A stretch of DNA of 64,000 nt, from positions 44,119,130 through 44,183,129 of the forward strand of contig NC_092375.1 in the NCBI RefSeq assembly GCF_030028105.1, read 5' to 3'. Below the pieces are notes generated by a model. The model was not told the DNA's origin and did not search any database. It was given only the letters and a program-made list of their open reading frames with translations. The DNA comes from Mobula birostris (lineage: Eukaryota). The translations under genes were made by a program, and so were the position numbers. Below, piece after piece: positions 25,370 through 37,764 of this stretch (positions within the stretch are counted from its first letter, which is position 1; each line of letters starts with the position of its first letter).

Positions 25370-27128
25370 GATCATATCCTAATTGGAAGAGGGTCATAAG
25401 TATACGTACTGACATGGATAGAAAATTGGTTGGCAGACAGGCCCCCAACCAATACATAACTCTACTCTCCCCTCCTACCCTCCTCACAGCCCCCCACCCT
25501 GCTCTCATGACTACACCCCTTCCCCACATGAAACCACCACGGTGGGCTTCACAGCTGAACAGGTGAGAAGACAATTGAAACGTATCCATCCAAACAAGGC
25601 TACAGGCCTGGATGGTGTCAGCACCGGGGTGCTCAAAGCCTGTGCTCCCCAGCTATGTGGAGTACTCCACCATGTCTTCAACCTGAGCCTGAGTCTCCAG
25701 AGGGTTCCTGTGCTGTGGAAGACGTCCTGGCTCGTCCCTGTGCCGAAGACGCTGCGTCCCAGTGGCTTCAATGACTACAGACCGGTAGCATTGACCTCCC
25801 ACATCATGAAGACCCCGGAGAGGCTTGTTCTAGAGCAGCTCTGGCCTGTGGTTAGACCACACTTAGATCCCCTCCAGTTCGCCTACCAGCCCCGACTAGG
25901 AGTTGAGGATGCCATCGTCTTCCTGCTGAATCATGTCTATGTCCACCTGGACAAGCCAGCGAGCACTGTGAGGGTCATGTTTTTTGACTTCTCCAGTGCG
26001 TTCAACACCATCCGCCCTGCTCTGCTGGGGGAGAAGCTGACAGCGATGCATGTGGATGCTTCCCTGGTATCATGGATTCTTGATTACCTGACTGGCAGAC
26101 CACAGTACGTGTGCTTGCAACACTGTGTGTCAGACAGAGTGGTCAGCAGCACTGGGGCTCCACAGGAGACTGTCTTCTCTCCCTTTCTCTTCACCATTTA
26201 CACCTCAGACTTCAACTACTACACAGAGTCTTGCCATCTTCAGAAGTTTTCTGATGACTCTGCCATAGTTGGATGAATCAGCAAGGGAGATGAGGCTGAG
26301 TACAAGGCTACGGTGGGAAACTTGTGTCACATGGTGTGAGCAGAATTATCTGCAGCTTAATGTGAAAAAGACTAAGGAGCTGGTGGTGGACCTGAGGAGG
26401 GCTAAGGCACCAGTGAGCCCTGTTTCCATCCAAGGGGTCAGTGTGGACATGGTGGAGGATTACAAATGCCTGGGAATAAGAATTGACAATAAACTGGACT
26501 GGTCAAAGAACCCTGAGGCAGTCTACAAGAAGGGTCAGAGCCGTCTCTATTTCCTGAGGAGACTGAGGTCCTTTACCATCTGTCAGATGATGCTGAGGAT
26601 GTTCTACGGGTCTGTGGTGGCCAGTGCTATCAGGTTTGCAGTTGTGTGCTGGGGCAGCAGGCTGAGGGTAGCAGACACCAACAGAATCAACAAACTCATT
26701 TGTAAGGCCAGTGATGTTGTGGGGATGGAACTGGACTCTCTGACGGTGGTGTCTGAAAAGAGGATGTTGTCCAAGTTGCCTGCCATCTTGGTCAATGTCT
26801 CCCATCCTCTACATAATGTACTGGTTGGGCACAGGAGTACATTCAGCCAGAGACTCATTCCACCGAGATGCAACACTGAGCATCATAGGAAGTCATTCCT
26901 GCCTGTGGCTATCAAACTATACAACTCCTTCCTTGGAGGTCAGACACCCTGAGCCAATAGTCTGGTCCTGGACTTATTTCCATCTGGCATAATTTACATA
27001 TTATTATTTAATTATTTATGGTTTTATATTGCTATATTTATACTCTACTCTTGGTTGGTGCAACTGTAACGAAATCCAATTTCCCTCGGGATCAATAAAG
27101 TATGTCTATTTGTCTATCTATCTGTCTA
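25370..27128 (+). mobile_element. Rex1/Babar-like LINE, 5'-truncated, RT domain nearly intact
   Basis: ORFs 25542-26276 and 26269-26952 (LNDYRPVALTS-like, QFAYQP, FFDFSSAFNTI, LQKFSDDS); TGA at 26274-26276 plus a nearby 1-nt frameshift; aataaag + (TCTA)n tail. Confidence 0.9.
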
Positions 27129-28185
27129 TGAAACAAAGAGTAGGGATTAATGGGTCCTTTTCAGAACGGCAAGCAGTGACTAGTGGGGTACTGCAAGGCT
27201 TGGTGCTGGGACGGCAGCTATTTACAATATACATTAATGATTTAGATGAAGGAATTAAAAGCAACATTAGCAAATTTGCAGATGACACAAAGCTGGGTGG
27301 CAGTGTGAAATGTGAGGAGGATGTTATGAGAATGCAGGGTGACTTGGACAGGTTGGGTGAGGGGGCAGATGCAGTTTAATGTGCATAAATGTGAGGTTTT
27401 CCACTTTGGTGGCAAGAACAGGAAAGTAGATTACTATCTGAATGGTGTCAAGTTCGGAAAAGGGGAAGTACAACGAGATCTAGGGGTCCTTCTTCATCAG
27501 TCACTGAAAGTAAGCATGCAGATACAGCAGGCAGTGAAGAAAGCTAATGGCATGTTGGCCTTCATAAGAAAGGGAGTTGACTATAGGAGCAAAGAGGTCC
27601 TTCTGCAGTTGTACAGGGCCCTCATGAGGCCACACCTGGAGTATTGTGTACAGTTTTGGTCTCCAATTTGAAGAAGGACATTCTAGCTATTGAGGGAGTG
27701 CAGCGTAGGTTCACGAGGTTAATTCCCAGGATGTTGGGACTGTCATATGTTGAAAGATTGGGGCGACTGCGTTTGTATACACGGGAATTTAGAAGGATGA
27801 GAGGGTATCTGATTGAAACATATAAGACTATTAAGGGATTGGACACACTAGAGGCAGGAAACATGTTCCCAATGTTGGGGGAGTCCAGAACCAGAGGCCA
27901 CAGTTTAAGAGTAAGGGGTAGACCATTTAGAACGGAGTTGAGGAAAAACTTCTTCACACAGAGGGTTGTGGTTCTGTGGAATGCTCTGCCTCAGAAGGCA
28001 GTGGAGGCCAATTCTCTGGATTCTTTCCAGAAAGAGTTAGATAGAGCTCTTAAAGATAGTGGAGTCAAGGGATATGGGGAGAAGGCAGGAAAAGTGTACT
28101 GATTGTGGATGATCAGCCATGATCACAGTGAATGGTGGTGCTGGCTTGAAGGGCTGAATGGCCTACTCCTACACCTATTGTCTAT
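27129..28185 (+). mobile_element. CR1 LINE 3' ~1 kb
   Basis: [58 protein letters not shown]; CR1 tail at ~28180. Confidence 0.92.
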
Positions 28186-29366
28186 ATCATGAGTCATTAT
28201 TGTTTAATTGGACCAAAATCTCACATAGTAAATATGAAAACACAATTTTCAGGCTACGTTGAGGGTATTTCCCTCATTGTCTTGAGTTTGGAGATATTTT
28301 CTTTCAAAGCCTGTGAGTTCTATTTCTTCTTTCCATATCACAAATATTCCTGCAAGTTCCCAGTCATCTAATGTTTTTTGTGGGGATATTTGGACAGTGG
28401 AGTGAGCCAAAATGGTAAAATGTAAAAATATACCATTGAGAACTTCATCCTCTGGAATAAAGTCTGTTAAAAAAAAAAGAAATAGAATCATTAATTATTT
28501 AGAAATAAACTTACAGTAATAAGTATTTGACAGGCTTGATCATTGCCAGGATTTTCATTTCAGCACTGAATTCACCAGCTTTTACTCCTTGTGTTAGAAC
28601 TGGCCGATTCTGATGTGCAGACATCTGCTTCAACTCCACTTATATCTCTCAGCAGATGCAGCTTGGTCTGCTGGGTCTTTTAACGATGCAGATTTCCACA
28701 CAAGATGTCCTTTGCCTCCAAAAGACCCAGCACAGTATTTGTTTCCTATTCTTTCTCTCCTTATTTTCCATCGTTCTCCCATTATTAAACCACTCAGAAA
28801 GCATTGAATGACTTGCATACCCTTGGTCTCTACTATTTCACGGATGTTCTCTCTACCCACCCCTACTCTCAGATTTAAAACATACTTGTCTTCCAACTTC
28901 TCTGGTTCTCTCTACAGAATCCAATCTGGCCTACTGAGCATTTCCGGCATTTTCTGTTACTACGTGGATTTCATTATTGTGGTAAATGCAGGAGAGTTTG
29001 ATACTGCATGTTCACACTAACAGTCTTAAGCTGATCTTTCAAACAAAAATAAAACTACAAGCTAGATAATTGATATTGGACACAAGACAAACTATAGTTT
29101 TGAAGAAAGAACAAATGCAGTTTCAGCTGGATAATAATGCAGCTCAGAAGTATCTCTACCACTTAGGTCATACTCAATTGAATTTGTAAATTCGATTGCC
29201 ACTAGGTGAAAATCCCCACTAACTGCACAATCGGAGTCCCTTCACGAGAAGGTTCAGACTGCCTGGACATAACCTTCTCATGAGCACTTAAAGGACGGGT
29301 AACCATTGCCGATCTTTCTGGAAACCCATATCCTGATTTTGATAAACAACACCGAAAGATCAGATT

Positions 29367-32300
29367 AGAAACATAGAAAACCTACAGCACAGTACAGGTC
29401 CTTCAGCTCACAGTGCTGTGCCGAACATGTACTTACTTTAGAAATTACCTAGGGTTACCCATAGCCCTCTATTTTTCTAAGCTCCATGTACCCATCCAGG
29501 AGTCTCTTAAAAGACCCTATTGTATCTGCCTCCACCACAGTCGCCAAGTACCCATTCCATGCACTCACCACAATCTGCGTAAAAAACTTACCACTGACAT
29601 CCCTTCTGTACGTACTTCCAAGCACCTTAAAATTGTCCCTTCTCTATTAGTATTTTCAGCCCAGGAAAAAAGCCTCTGACTATCCACACGATCAATGCCT
29701 CTCATCATCTTATACACCTCTATCAGGACACCTCTCATCCTCCGTCGTTCCAAGGAGAAAAGGTAAGTTCACTCAACCTATTCTCATAAGGCATGCTCCC
29801 CAGTCCAGGCAATATCCTTGTAAATCTCCTCTGCACCCTTTCTATAGTTTCCACATCCTTCCTGTAGTGAGGTGACCAGAATTGTGTGCAGTACTCCAAG
29901 TGGGATCTGAGCAGGGTCCTATATAGCTGTAGCATTACCTCTCGGATCTTGAACTTAATCCCACGGTAGATGAAGGCCTATACACCGTATGTCTTCGTAA
30001 CCACAAAGACAACCTGTGCAACAGCTTTGAGTGCCCTATGGACTGGGAACCCAAGATCCCTCTAATCCTCCACACAGCCAAGAGTTTTACTGTTAATACT
30101 ATATTCTGCCATCAGATTTGACCTACCAAAATTAACCACCTCACAATTATCTGGGTTGAGTTCCATCTGCTACTTCTCAGCCCAGTTTTGCATCCTATCG
30201 ATGTCCCATTGTAAACTCTTGACAGCTGTCCACACTGTCCACAGCACCCCCAACCTTTGTGTCATCTGCAAATTTACTAACCCATCCCTCCACTTCCTCA
30301 TCCAGGTCATTTACAAAAATCACAAAGAGAAGGGGTCCCAGAACAGATCCCTGAGGCACACCACTGGTCACCAGCCTCCATGCAGAATATGATCCATCTA
30401 CAACCACTCTTTGCCTTCTGTGGGCAAGCCAGTTCTGGATCCACAAAGCAAGGTTCCTTTGGATCCCATACCTCCTTCCTTTCTCCATAAGCCTTGAATG
30501 GGGTAACTTATCAAATGCCCTGCTGAAATCCATATACACTACATCTACTGTTCTACCTTCATCAATGTGTTTAGTCACATCCTCACAAAATTCAAAAAGA
30601 CTTGTAAGGCATGACCTACCTTTGACAAAGCCATGCTGACTATTCCTAATCATATTCTGCCCCTCCAAATGTTCATAAATCCTGCCTCTCAGGATCTCCT
30701 CCATCAACTTACCAACCACTGAAGTAAGACTCACTGGTCTATAACTTCCAGGGCTATCTCTACTCCCTTTCTTGAATAAGGGAACAAGCTCTGCAACCTT
30801 CCAATCCTCCAGAACCTCTCCCATCCCCATGATGATGCAAAGATCATTGCAATCTCCTCCCTCGCCTCCCACAATAACCTAGGGTATATCTCATCCGGTC
30901 CCAGTGACTTAGCCAACCTGATGCTTTCCAAAAGCTCCAGCACATCCTCTTTCTTACTATCTATATGCTCAATCTTTTCAGTTCACTCTAAGTCATCCCT
31001 ACAATTGCCAATGTCTTTTTCCATAGTGAATACTGAAGCAAAAATACCTCCGTTACCTCCTCCGGTTCTATACACACTTTTTCACTGTCACATTTGATTG
31101 GTCCTATTCTTTAACATCTTATCCTCTTGCTCTTTACATACTTGTAGGATGCCTTGGGGTTTTCCTTAATCCTGCCCGCCAAGGCCTTCTCATGGACCCT
31201 TCTGGCTCTCCTAATTTCATTCTTAAGCACCATCATGACAGCCTTATAATTGTCTAGATCTCTATCATTACCTAGTTTTTTGAACCTTCCATAAGCTTTT
31301 CCTTTCTTCTTGACTAGATTTTCTACAGCCTTTGTACACTATGGGTCCTATACCCTACCATTTTTACCCTGTCTCATTGGAACGTACCTATGCAGAATGC
31401 CATGCAAATATCCACTGAACATTTGCCACATTTCTGCCGTACATTTCCCTAATAATATCTGTTCCCAATTTATGCTTCCAAGTTCCTGCCTGAGAGCTTC
31501 ATATTTCCATCTACTCCAATTAAATGTTGTCCTAACTTGTCTGCTCCTATCCCTCTCCAATGTTATGGTAAAACAGAGAATTGTAATCACTATATCCGAA
31601 ATGCTCTCCCACTGAGAGACCTGACACCTGACCAGGTTCATTTCCCAATAACAGATCAAGTACAGCCTCTCCTCTTGTAGGCTTATCTACATATTGTATC
31701 AGGAAACCTTCCTAAAGACACCTAACGAACTCCACCCCATCTAAACCCCTTGCTCTAGGGAGATGTCAATCAATATTTGGGAAATTGAAATTTCCCACCA
31801 CAACAACCTTGTTATTATTACACCTTTCCAGAATCTGCTTCCCTATCTGCTCCTCGATGTCCCTGTTACTATTGGGTGGTCTATAAGAAAACACCCAGTA
31901 GAGTTATTGACTCTTTCCTGTTTCTAACTTCCACCCACAGTGGATCAGTAGACAGTCCCTTCATGACTTCCTCCTTTTCTGCAGCTGTAACACTATCTCT
32001 GATCAACAGTGCAACGCCCCCACCTCTTTTGCCTCCCCCCCCCCGTTCTTTTGAAACATCTAAAGTCTGGCCCCCTAAGTAGCCATTCCTGCCTCTGAGT
32101 CATCCAAGTCTCTGTAATGGCCTCAACATTATAGCTCCAAATACTGATCCACGCTGTAAGTTCATCTGCTCTGTTCATGATACTCCTTGCATTAAAATAC
32201 ACATCTCAAACCATCAGTCTGAGTGCATCCCTTCTCTATCACCTGCCTATCCTCCCTCTCACACTGCCTACAAGCTTTCTCTATTTGTGAACCAACCACC

Positions 32301-33125
32301 CCTTCCTCGGTCTTTTCAGTTCGGTTCCCACCCTCCAGCAAATCTATTTTAAACTCTCCCCAATAGCCTTAGCAAACCTCCCTGCTTGGATATTAGTCCC
32401 CCTCGGATTCAAGTGTAACCCATCCTTATTGTGCAGATCATGCCTGTCCCAAAAGAGGTCCCAAAGCTACAGAAATCCGAATCCCTGCCCCTTGCTCCAA
32501 TCCCTCAGCACCTGAGAGGCAAATTACCATCCGTGTTTCTCGCCTGCGTCCACAGAATCGTCTGTCTGACCCCCTAACTATACAGTCCCCTGTCGCTGCT
32601 GCCATTCTCTTCCTTTCTCTGCCCTTCTGAGCCACAGGGCCAGACTCTGTGCCAGAGGCGCAGCCACTATTGCTTCCCCCAGGTAGGTCCCCCCCCCCAA
32701 CTGTACTCAGACAGAGGTACTTATTGTCAAGGGGGTGCAGCCACAGGGGTACTCTATAGTACCTGACTCTTACCCTTCCCTCTCCCAACTGTTACCCACT
32801 TATGTCTCCCGAGTCCCCCGTGTGACTACTTGCCTGTAGCTCCTCTCTATCACCTCCTCACTCAGATGAAAGTCATCAAACTGCATCTCCAGTTCCCTAA
32901 CCCGGTCCCTAAGGAGCTGCAGCTCAACACACCTGGGGCAGATGTGGCCATCCGGGAGGCTGGGAGTCTCCCGGGCATCTCACATTCGACACCGAGAACA
33001 GAACACCGGCCTCGCAGACATACTTCCCGTTTCTGTACTACACAAGTAACTTACCTCGCCTCGACCCGTTATCCCCGAAGCCCGGTTGAGCCAAAGCTCT
33101 CCTACTCTGGCACCCGTTCTATTAA
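29367..33125 (-). mobile_element. CR1 LINE, long degenerate copy (ORF1 esterase + ORF2)
   Basis: 3' tail agaaacatagaaaacctacagcac at 29367; RT ORF 30195-30872 ([35 protein letters not shown]); APE YFNARSI at ~32200; ORF1 SGNH IVRGSDRRFCG at ~32500. Confidence 0.9.
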
Positions 33126-33569
33126 GCTATTAGATTTGAAACTATTTCATAAACTTACCAGCCAGAAAAGATTCTGCAGATGCTGGAAATATTGATCAAC
33201 AGCACAGAAATTAAGGGAGGAATTTGGCAAATTCAAGTTTGCCAGAGCTGTTGGGGAGGATTTAAACTCATTTGGCAGGGGTAACGAGAACCGGAGGGAT
33301 CGGGATGAAAATGGGGCAGTTGGTATACAAGTCGATGCAGTGTGTAATAAGAATGCGAGGAAGGACAGGCAAATGATAGGGCAAAATTACAGTCAGTGGG
33401 TGAGTTGCCCTATAACATGGAGCAAAATCAGAAAATGTGACCAATAGAGGGCACAGCGAAGGATGTTGGCCCAAAACGTCCACTGTACTTTTTTCCATAG
33501 ATACTGCCTGGCCAGCTGAGTTCCTCCAGCTTTTTGTATCTGTTGCTCGGGTTTCCGGCATCTGCAGAT

Positions 33570-33975
33570 GAGGGTTAACTTATGAGGAGCGTTTGATGGC
33601 TCTGGCCCTGTACTTGCCGGAGTTTAGAAGAGGGGCGGGGGTGCGGTGGGGATCTCATTGAAACGTAATGAATATCGAAAGATTTGGACAGAGTGGATGT
33701 GGAATGGAGGTTTCCTAAGGTGGGTGTGTGTAGGACCAAAGGCCACAGCCTCAAAAGAGAGGGACGTCCATTTAGAACGGAGATGAGGAGGAATTTCTTT
33801 AGCCAGTGGGTGGTGAATCTGTGAAGTCCAAGTCAAGATTATATTTAAAGAAGTTCTTGATTAGTCAGGGCGTCAAAAGTAACGGGGAAAAGACAGGATG
33901 AATGGGGTTGAGAGGGATAATAAATCAGCCACGATGTAATGGCGGAACAGACTCGATGGCGTTAATTCTGCCTCG
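33570..33975 (+). mobile_element. CR1 LINE 3' fragment
   Basis: gagggttaacttatgaggagcg...tttagccagtgggtggtgaatctgtg...aaatcagccacgat. Confidence 0.75.
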
Positions 33976-34076
33976 ATGTTTTTATGGTCCTAAGTCAGGC
34001 GGGATCTATGGAAAGGAATGAACGGTCAACTCTTCGCGCCGAGACGCTGCATCGGGACTGCAAAGGATGGGGGCAT

Positions 34077-34171
34077 TTATGTGTTGATCATAGACTCTTG
34101 GTTATAAGCAAGTATCACGAGGGTCGGGAACCCGGGAACGATAGAAATTAGGACACTGGCAGCGGTGATAT
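34077..34171 (-). CDS. Transmembrane/short-tail exon of the VJ-type gene
   Basis: Acceptor cctcctttctttctAG; (D)ITAASVLISIVPGFPTLVILAYNQESMINT*. Confidence 0.65.
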
Positions 34172-34296
34172 CTAGAAAGAAAGGAGGTCATGCCTAGTTT
34201 ACAATGTGCCCTCTCGTGCTTGAAGGTAATAAAATACTAGTCTGATATGTGATTTACAAAAATTATATGGGGCTTTTAGTCGCCATTCTACCCTAC

Positions 34297-34651
34297 CTGC
34301 AACCGCAACAGTCAGCTGAGTTCCGAAGCCCTGAATATTCTTGGAGAACGAAGTGATAGCGTTGCAATAATATGTCCCGCTGTCTGCAAACTCAAGGTTA
34401 TTTATTAATCGTCAAGGTGCTATTGAAACTTGAAGAATTAGTTCCAAACACACTGATGCGACCATCTCCACTCTTGGTGCTGATGTTTCTCGCGTACAAA
34501 TCACCAGAGATCTCTTTAGTAAAATGCCAATAAAAGCTACCATTTACCAACTCTCCCTTGTCTTGTAAAGTACAGCTGAAGGAGGCAGAATCCCCTACCA
34601 GCAGCCGGAGCGATCGGGGAGTTTGCTGCAAATCCAGTCCGGTGGCAGCAC
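34297..34651 (-). CDS. V-domain exon with germline J-like segment (355 bp = 351 + 4-bp duplication)
   Basis: Acceptor tgtattgtgatAG, donor GCAG|GTAGGG. LDLQQTP..GDSASFSC..SFYW..GRI..STLTIN/NLEFADSGTYYC..QGFGTQLTV; four N-x-S/T sequons. Confidence 0.88.
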
Positions 34652-34756
34652 CTATCACAATACAGCTCGTTAAAGTTGCAAGTAGCAAACAGCAAACATA
34701 ATAATTACACATTAAGTGTGAACAATTGTGTGTCGCTTTGAATCTATTATACTTAC

Positions 34757-34787
34757 AGATTGCTACCAGGACCAGAATGGTGATCAT
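34757..34787 (-). CDS. Leader exon MITILVLVAI(C)
   Basis: ATG at 34787, donor T|GTAAGT at 34756; spliced signal peptide MITILVLVAICAATG. Confidence 0.85.
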
Positions 34788-34949
34788 AATTTTTCTTCGA
34801 AAGGCTGAAGCTCAAGAATAACTGTTCCAAACAATTCGCTTCTATTGTCAGTTCCCGTTTCATCATTTCCTTTTTAAAGCAATGTGACTGGTCATCATCT
34901 TCTCTGACTTGGATAATTTGAATTATGTAGTAAAATCGATTTTTCTCAA

Positions 34950-35212
34950 TACATGAGGACATGGCTTTAAGGTAAGTGGTGGGAAGTTCAAGGGGGATAT
35001 TAGAGGAAGGTTTTTCACTCAGAGTGTGGTTGGTGTGTGGAATGCACGGCCTGAGTCAGTGGTGGAGGCAGATACACTAGTGAAGTTTAAGAGACTACTA
35101 GACAGGTATACGGAGGAATTTAAGGTGGGGGCTTATATGGGAGGCAGGGTTTAAGGGTCGGCACAACATTGTGGGCCGAAGGGCCTGTACCGTACTGTAC
35201 TATTCTATGTTC
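34950..35212 (+). mobile_element. CR1 3' fragment just upstream of the VJ-gene leader
   Basis: FFTQSVVGVWNA remnant and (ttctatg) tail; highly similar to 39998-40245. Confidence 0.85.
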
Positions 35213-37764
35213 TATGTTTTATCTCTAGTTCATCGTCACAGCAACCGGTTTCCGGGACAGACCACGCTCTTAGGTGCCATGCACAAGTCACTGACGGGGA
35301 GCGCAACAATCCAGCCCGTGACAGAGTCTGCACATCCTACAGGGCATTATGGAGCAACAAATGAATTGCAGGACAACCTTGGGGAGTCCAGCTTCACCTG
35401 TGGGGTGGAAGCTGTTGGTGCTTCTGGTGGAACCCCTGTATCAGTATACAGAGCCAAGGTAGTCGGTATAAAGAAGAACAAGGGAGTGGCGAGCCAGGCA
35501 GATGAGAGTGGTGGACGGGGGAAGGATAAAGGATAAAAGATTAAGCCAAATATAGAGAAAATAGGATGGAGTTAGCAGACAAAGCCAGGTGAGGGATGAC
35601 AAAAAAGGAAGATGCTGAAAGGAGGGAGAGATGGAGTGAAAAAGGACGCAGCTTCTGAAGAGAAATAACCAGGAACTCTATATCTGGTCACAACATACTG
35701 ATGCAGCTATAAAGAAAGCAAAACGGCGGCTATGTTTCTTCAGGAGTTTGCGATTTGGTTTATTACCTTTGGTCACCTAAAGCACTCGAAAACTTCTACA
35801 GATGTATCTCGGAGAGCATTCAGACTGGATGCATCACCGTCCGGTATGGGGGTGGGGGGCGGCTACTGCACAGGATCGAAGTAAGCTGCAGAGGGTTGTA
35901 AAATTAGACAGCTTCATCATGGGCACTAGCCTCCATAGTCTCCAATACATCTTCGAGGAGCGGTGCCTCACAATGGTGGCATCCATCATTAGGGACCCCG
36001 TCACCCAGGACATACCCTCTTCTCATTGTTATTATCGGGAAGGAGGTACGGAAGCAGGGGCGGCGCTGAGGTGGTGCTAGCTGGGGCTATAGCCCCAGCA
36101 GAAATTGCAATAGCACCAGCGTAGCACCACCAAGAAATTAACTGAAATTTCACATACAAATTGCAGCTGCATTTATTTCTCTGTATAGTTTTGAATACAG
36201 CTTGTTTCTCCAGTTGATCAAGTGAAACGGCGCCCCCAATTACCATAGCACCCACGCAGCAATAAAATTATAAACTCTATCAGATCCACTCTACACTTCT
36301 GCTTATTTGTTCGTTGTCAATGTCTCGCCGTTGCTGCGCTCAGATCAGTTAGGCTGATCTAAGATTACTTAAGGTGGTGATGTCACTCACTCTCACTCAC
36401 GCGTTGATAGTATACATCCAGTCGCAGATTCGTGGTCTCGCGAACTAACGGATCCCCCCCCCCACCCCCGCCCCCCCCCCACACACACACAGTGCTTTTG
36501 CAAGCGAGCGTCAACCTCGCACGTGTATTATTTTGGCCGGCGTGAAAAATGGATCAACTTTTAGTGAGAAAACGACCTCCTCCAGAGGAATCAGTGGTGT
36601 CTCAGCCTGAGCATATCTTAATTGAAAGTGACATGCAGAAAGTAGGGATGAAGACGACAGCAGTTCGTCGAAGGAGTGTGAGGGCGAAGCAGAGGAACAA
36701 GAAATGGAGCGGGATTCACAAGAGAACGTGGATGAAGCTGCTCTTACTGCTGGTGGGAATACTGTTAGCGATGTTAGCCAGCAGCCTGAGGAAGGACCCC
36801 GTCGGCCAGCATTGAAAATAGTCATAGTCATACTTTATTGATCCCGAGGGAAGCACCGTTCGCTGCTCGCAACAGTTTGGCAATCAGCAAGGGAGTTTTA
36901 TTCGTGGCTGGTTTGACTGACTGGAATATTCGAGCACGAAAGGTACTACGTTTTGCTTCGCATGCAGGCATTACCTGTCTGGGGGACATGGGTTCTATTC
37001 TGAGTCTACCTTCACTGTCACCGGTTACCGCAACAGGCGGAAAGCTAGAACAGCTTTCAAAACCCACCATGTAAATGCAGCTCATAAGTTTGCTATGGAG
37101 GCACGGGCCGAATTCAGATTGAGAAAACAAGCGGTTCAAGATTGGGACATAAGCTTGACAAAGGACATGCAAAGATTGTCCAAGAAAATCGTGAGTATAT
37201 GAGAGCTGTGGTTGAGTCTCCAGCAAGGACAGACATTGATTGACACAGTGGAATTTCTAGCTCCAATGAGTCCCTACCGCGATGCATTTATAGATTTATA
37301 CAAATTGATCTGCATGTCACTGACTCTACCTGTGACATCTGCCTCGTGCAAACGGAGTTTCTCTTGCCTCAGACCGCTCAAAAACTACCTAAGGAATAAC
37401 AGTGAAGATACTCAGAACAGCAACTTGGCCCTGTTGGCCATAAACAGGCAAAGGACCAAAGCACTTGACATCCAGAAAATCATTGATGCTTTCAGCACCA
37501 ATCACAACAGACAGATTGTGCTTCTCTGAAAACATCAATGGTGAGTGCAGTTGATTTTTTTTTAAAAATTCGGCCAAGACTAATGCTGATTATTATTATT
37601 ATTTTGTGGTGGATATCCCATAGTCTTTATGTTTCCTGAAAATCCTAAACTATTACATTTACTGCTATTAAGCCTACTGGTTTTGCTTAGACTTCCAAGC
37701 AGTGATTCTGTTGATTTTTGTTTTAAATTCATTAGCCGAATTTGGCAGTTTTGGCAGTTGGTCT

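Larger units (their letters stand above)
34077..34787 (-). pseudogene. Compact leader-VJ-TM IgSF receptor gene, NKp30(NCR3)-like, frameshifted
   Basis: Three exons with phase-1 GT-AG introns of 105 and 125 bp. Removing one copy of TTAT (34398-34405) gives a continuous 158-aa protein with signal peptide, V domain, GxG J-like strand and hydrophobic anchor. Confidence 0.85.

Noticed and set aside
28515-28558. Possible leader exon MKILAMIKPVKYLL with a strong GTAAGT donor (minus strand)
   Set aside because: It ends in phase 2; splicing to 20038, 920 or 815 does not give a continuous frame into the IgV. It could only be a UTR/uORF exon, and there is no further support.
34297-34787. Rearranging TCR/Ig V gene segment (leader + short intron + V)
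   Set aside because: No CACAGTG heptamer or nonamer follows the YYC motif; the frame runs straight into a J-like strand, a splice donor and a TM exon 125 bp away, with no C domain.
34398-34787. 129-aa ORF as a real single-exon protein
   Set aside because: It reads through the 105-bp leader intron and ends at the frameshift-induced stop.
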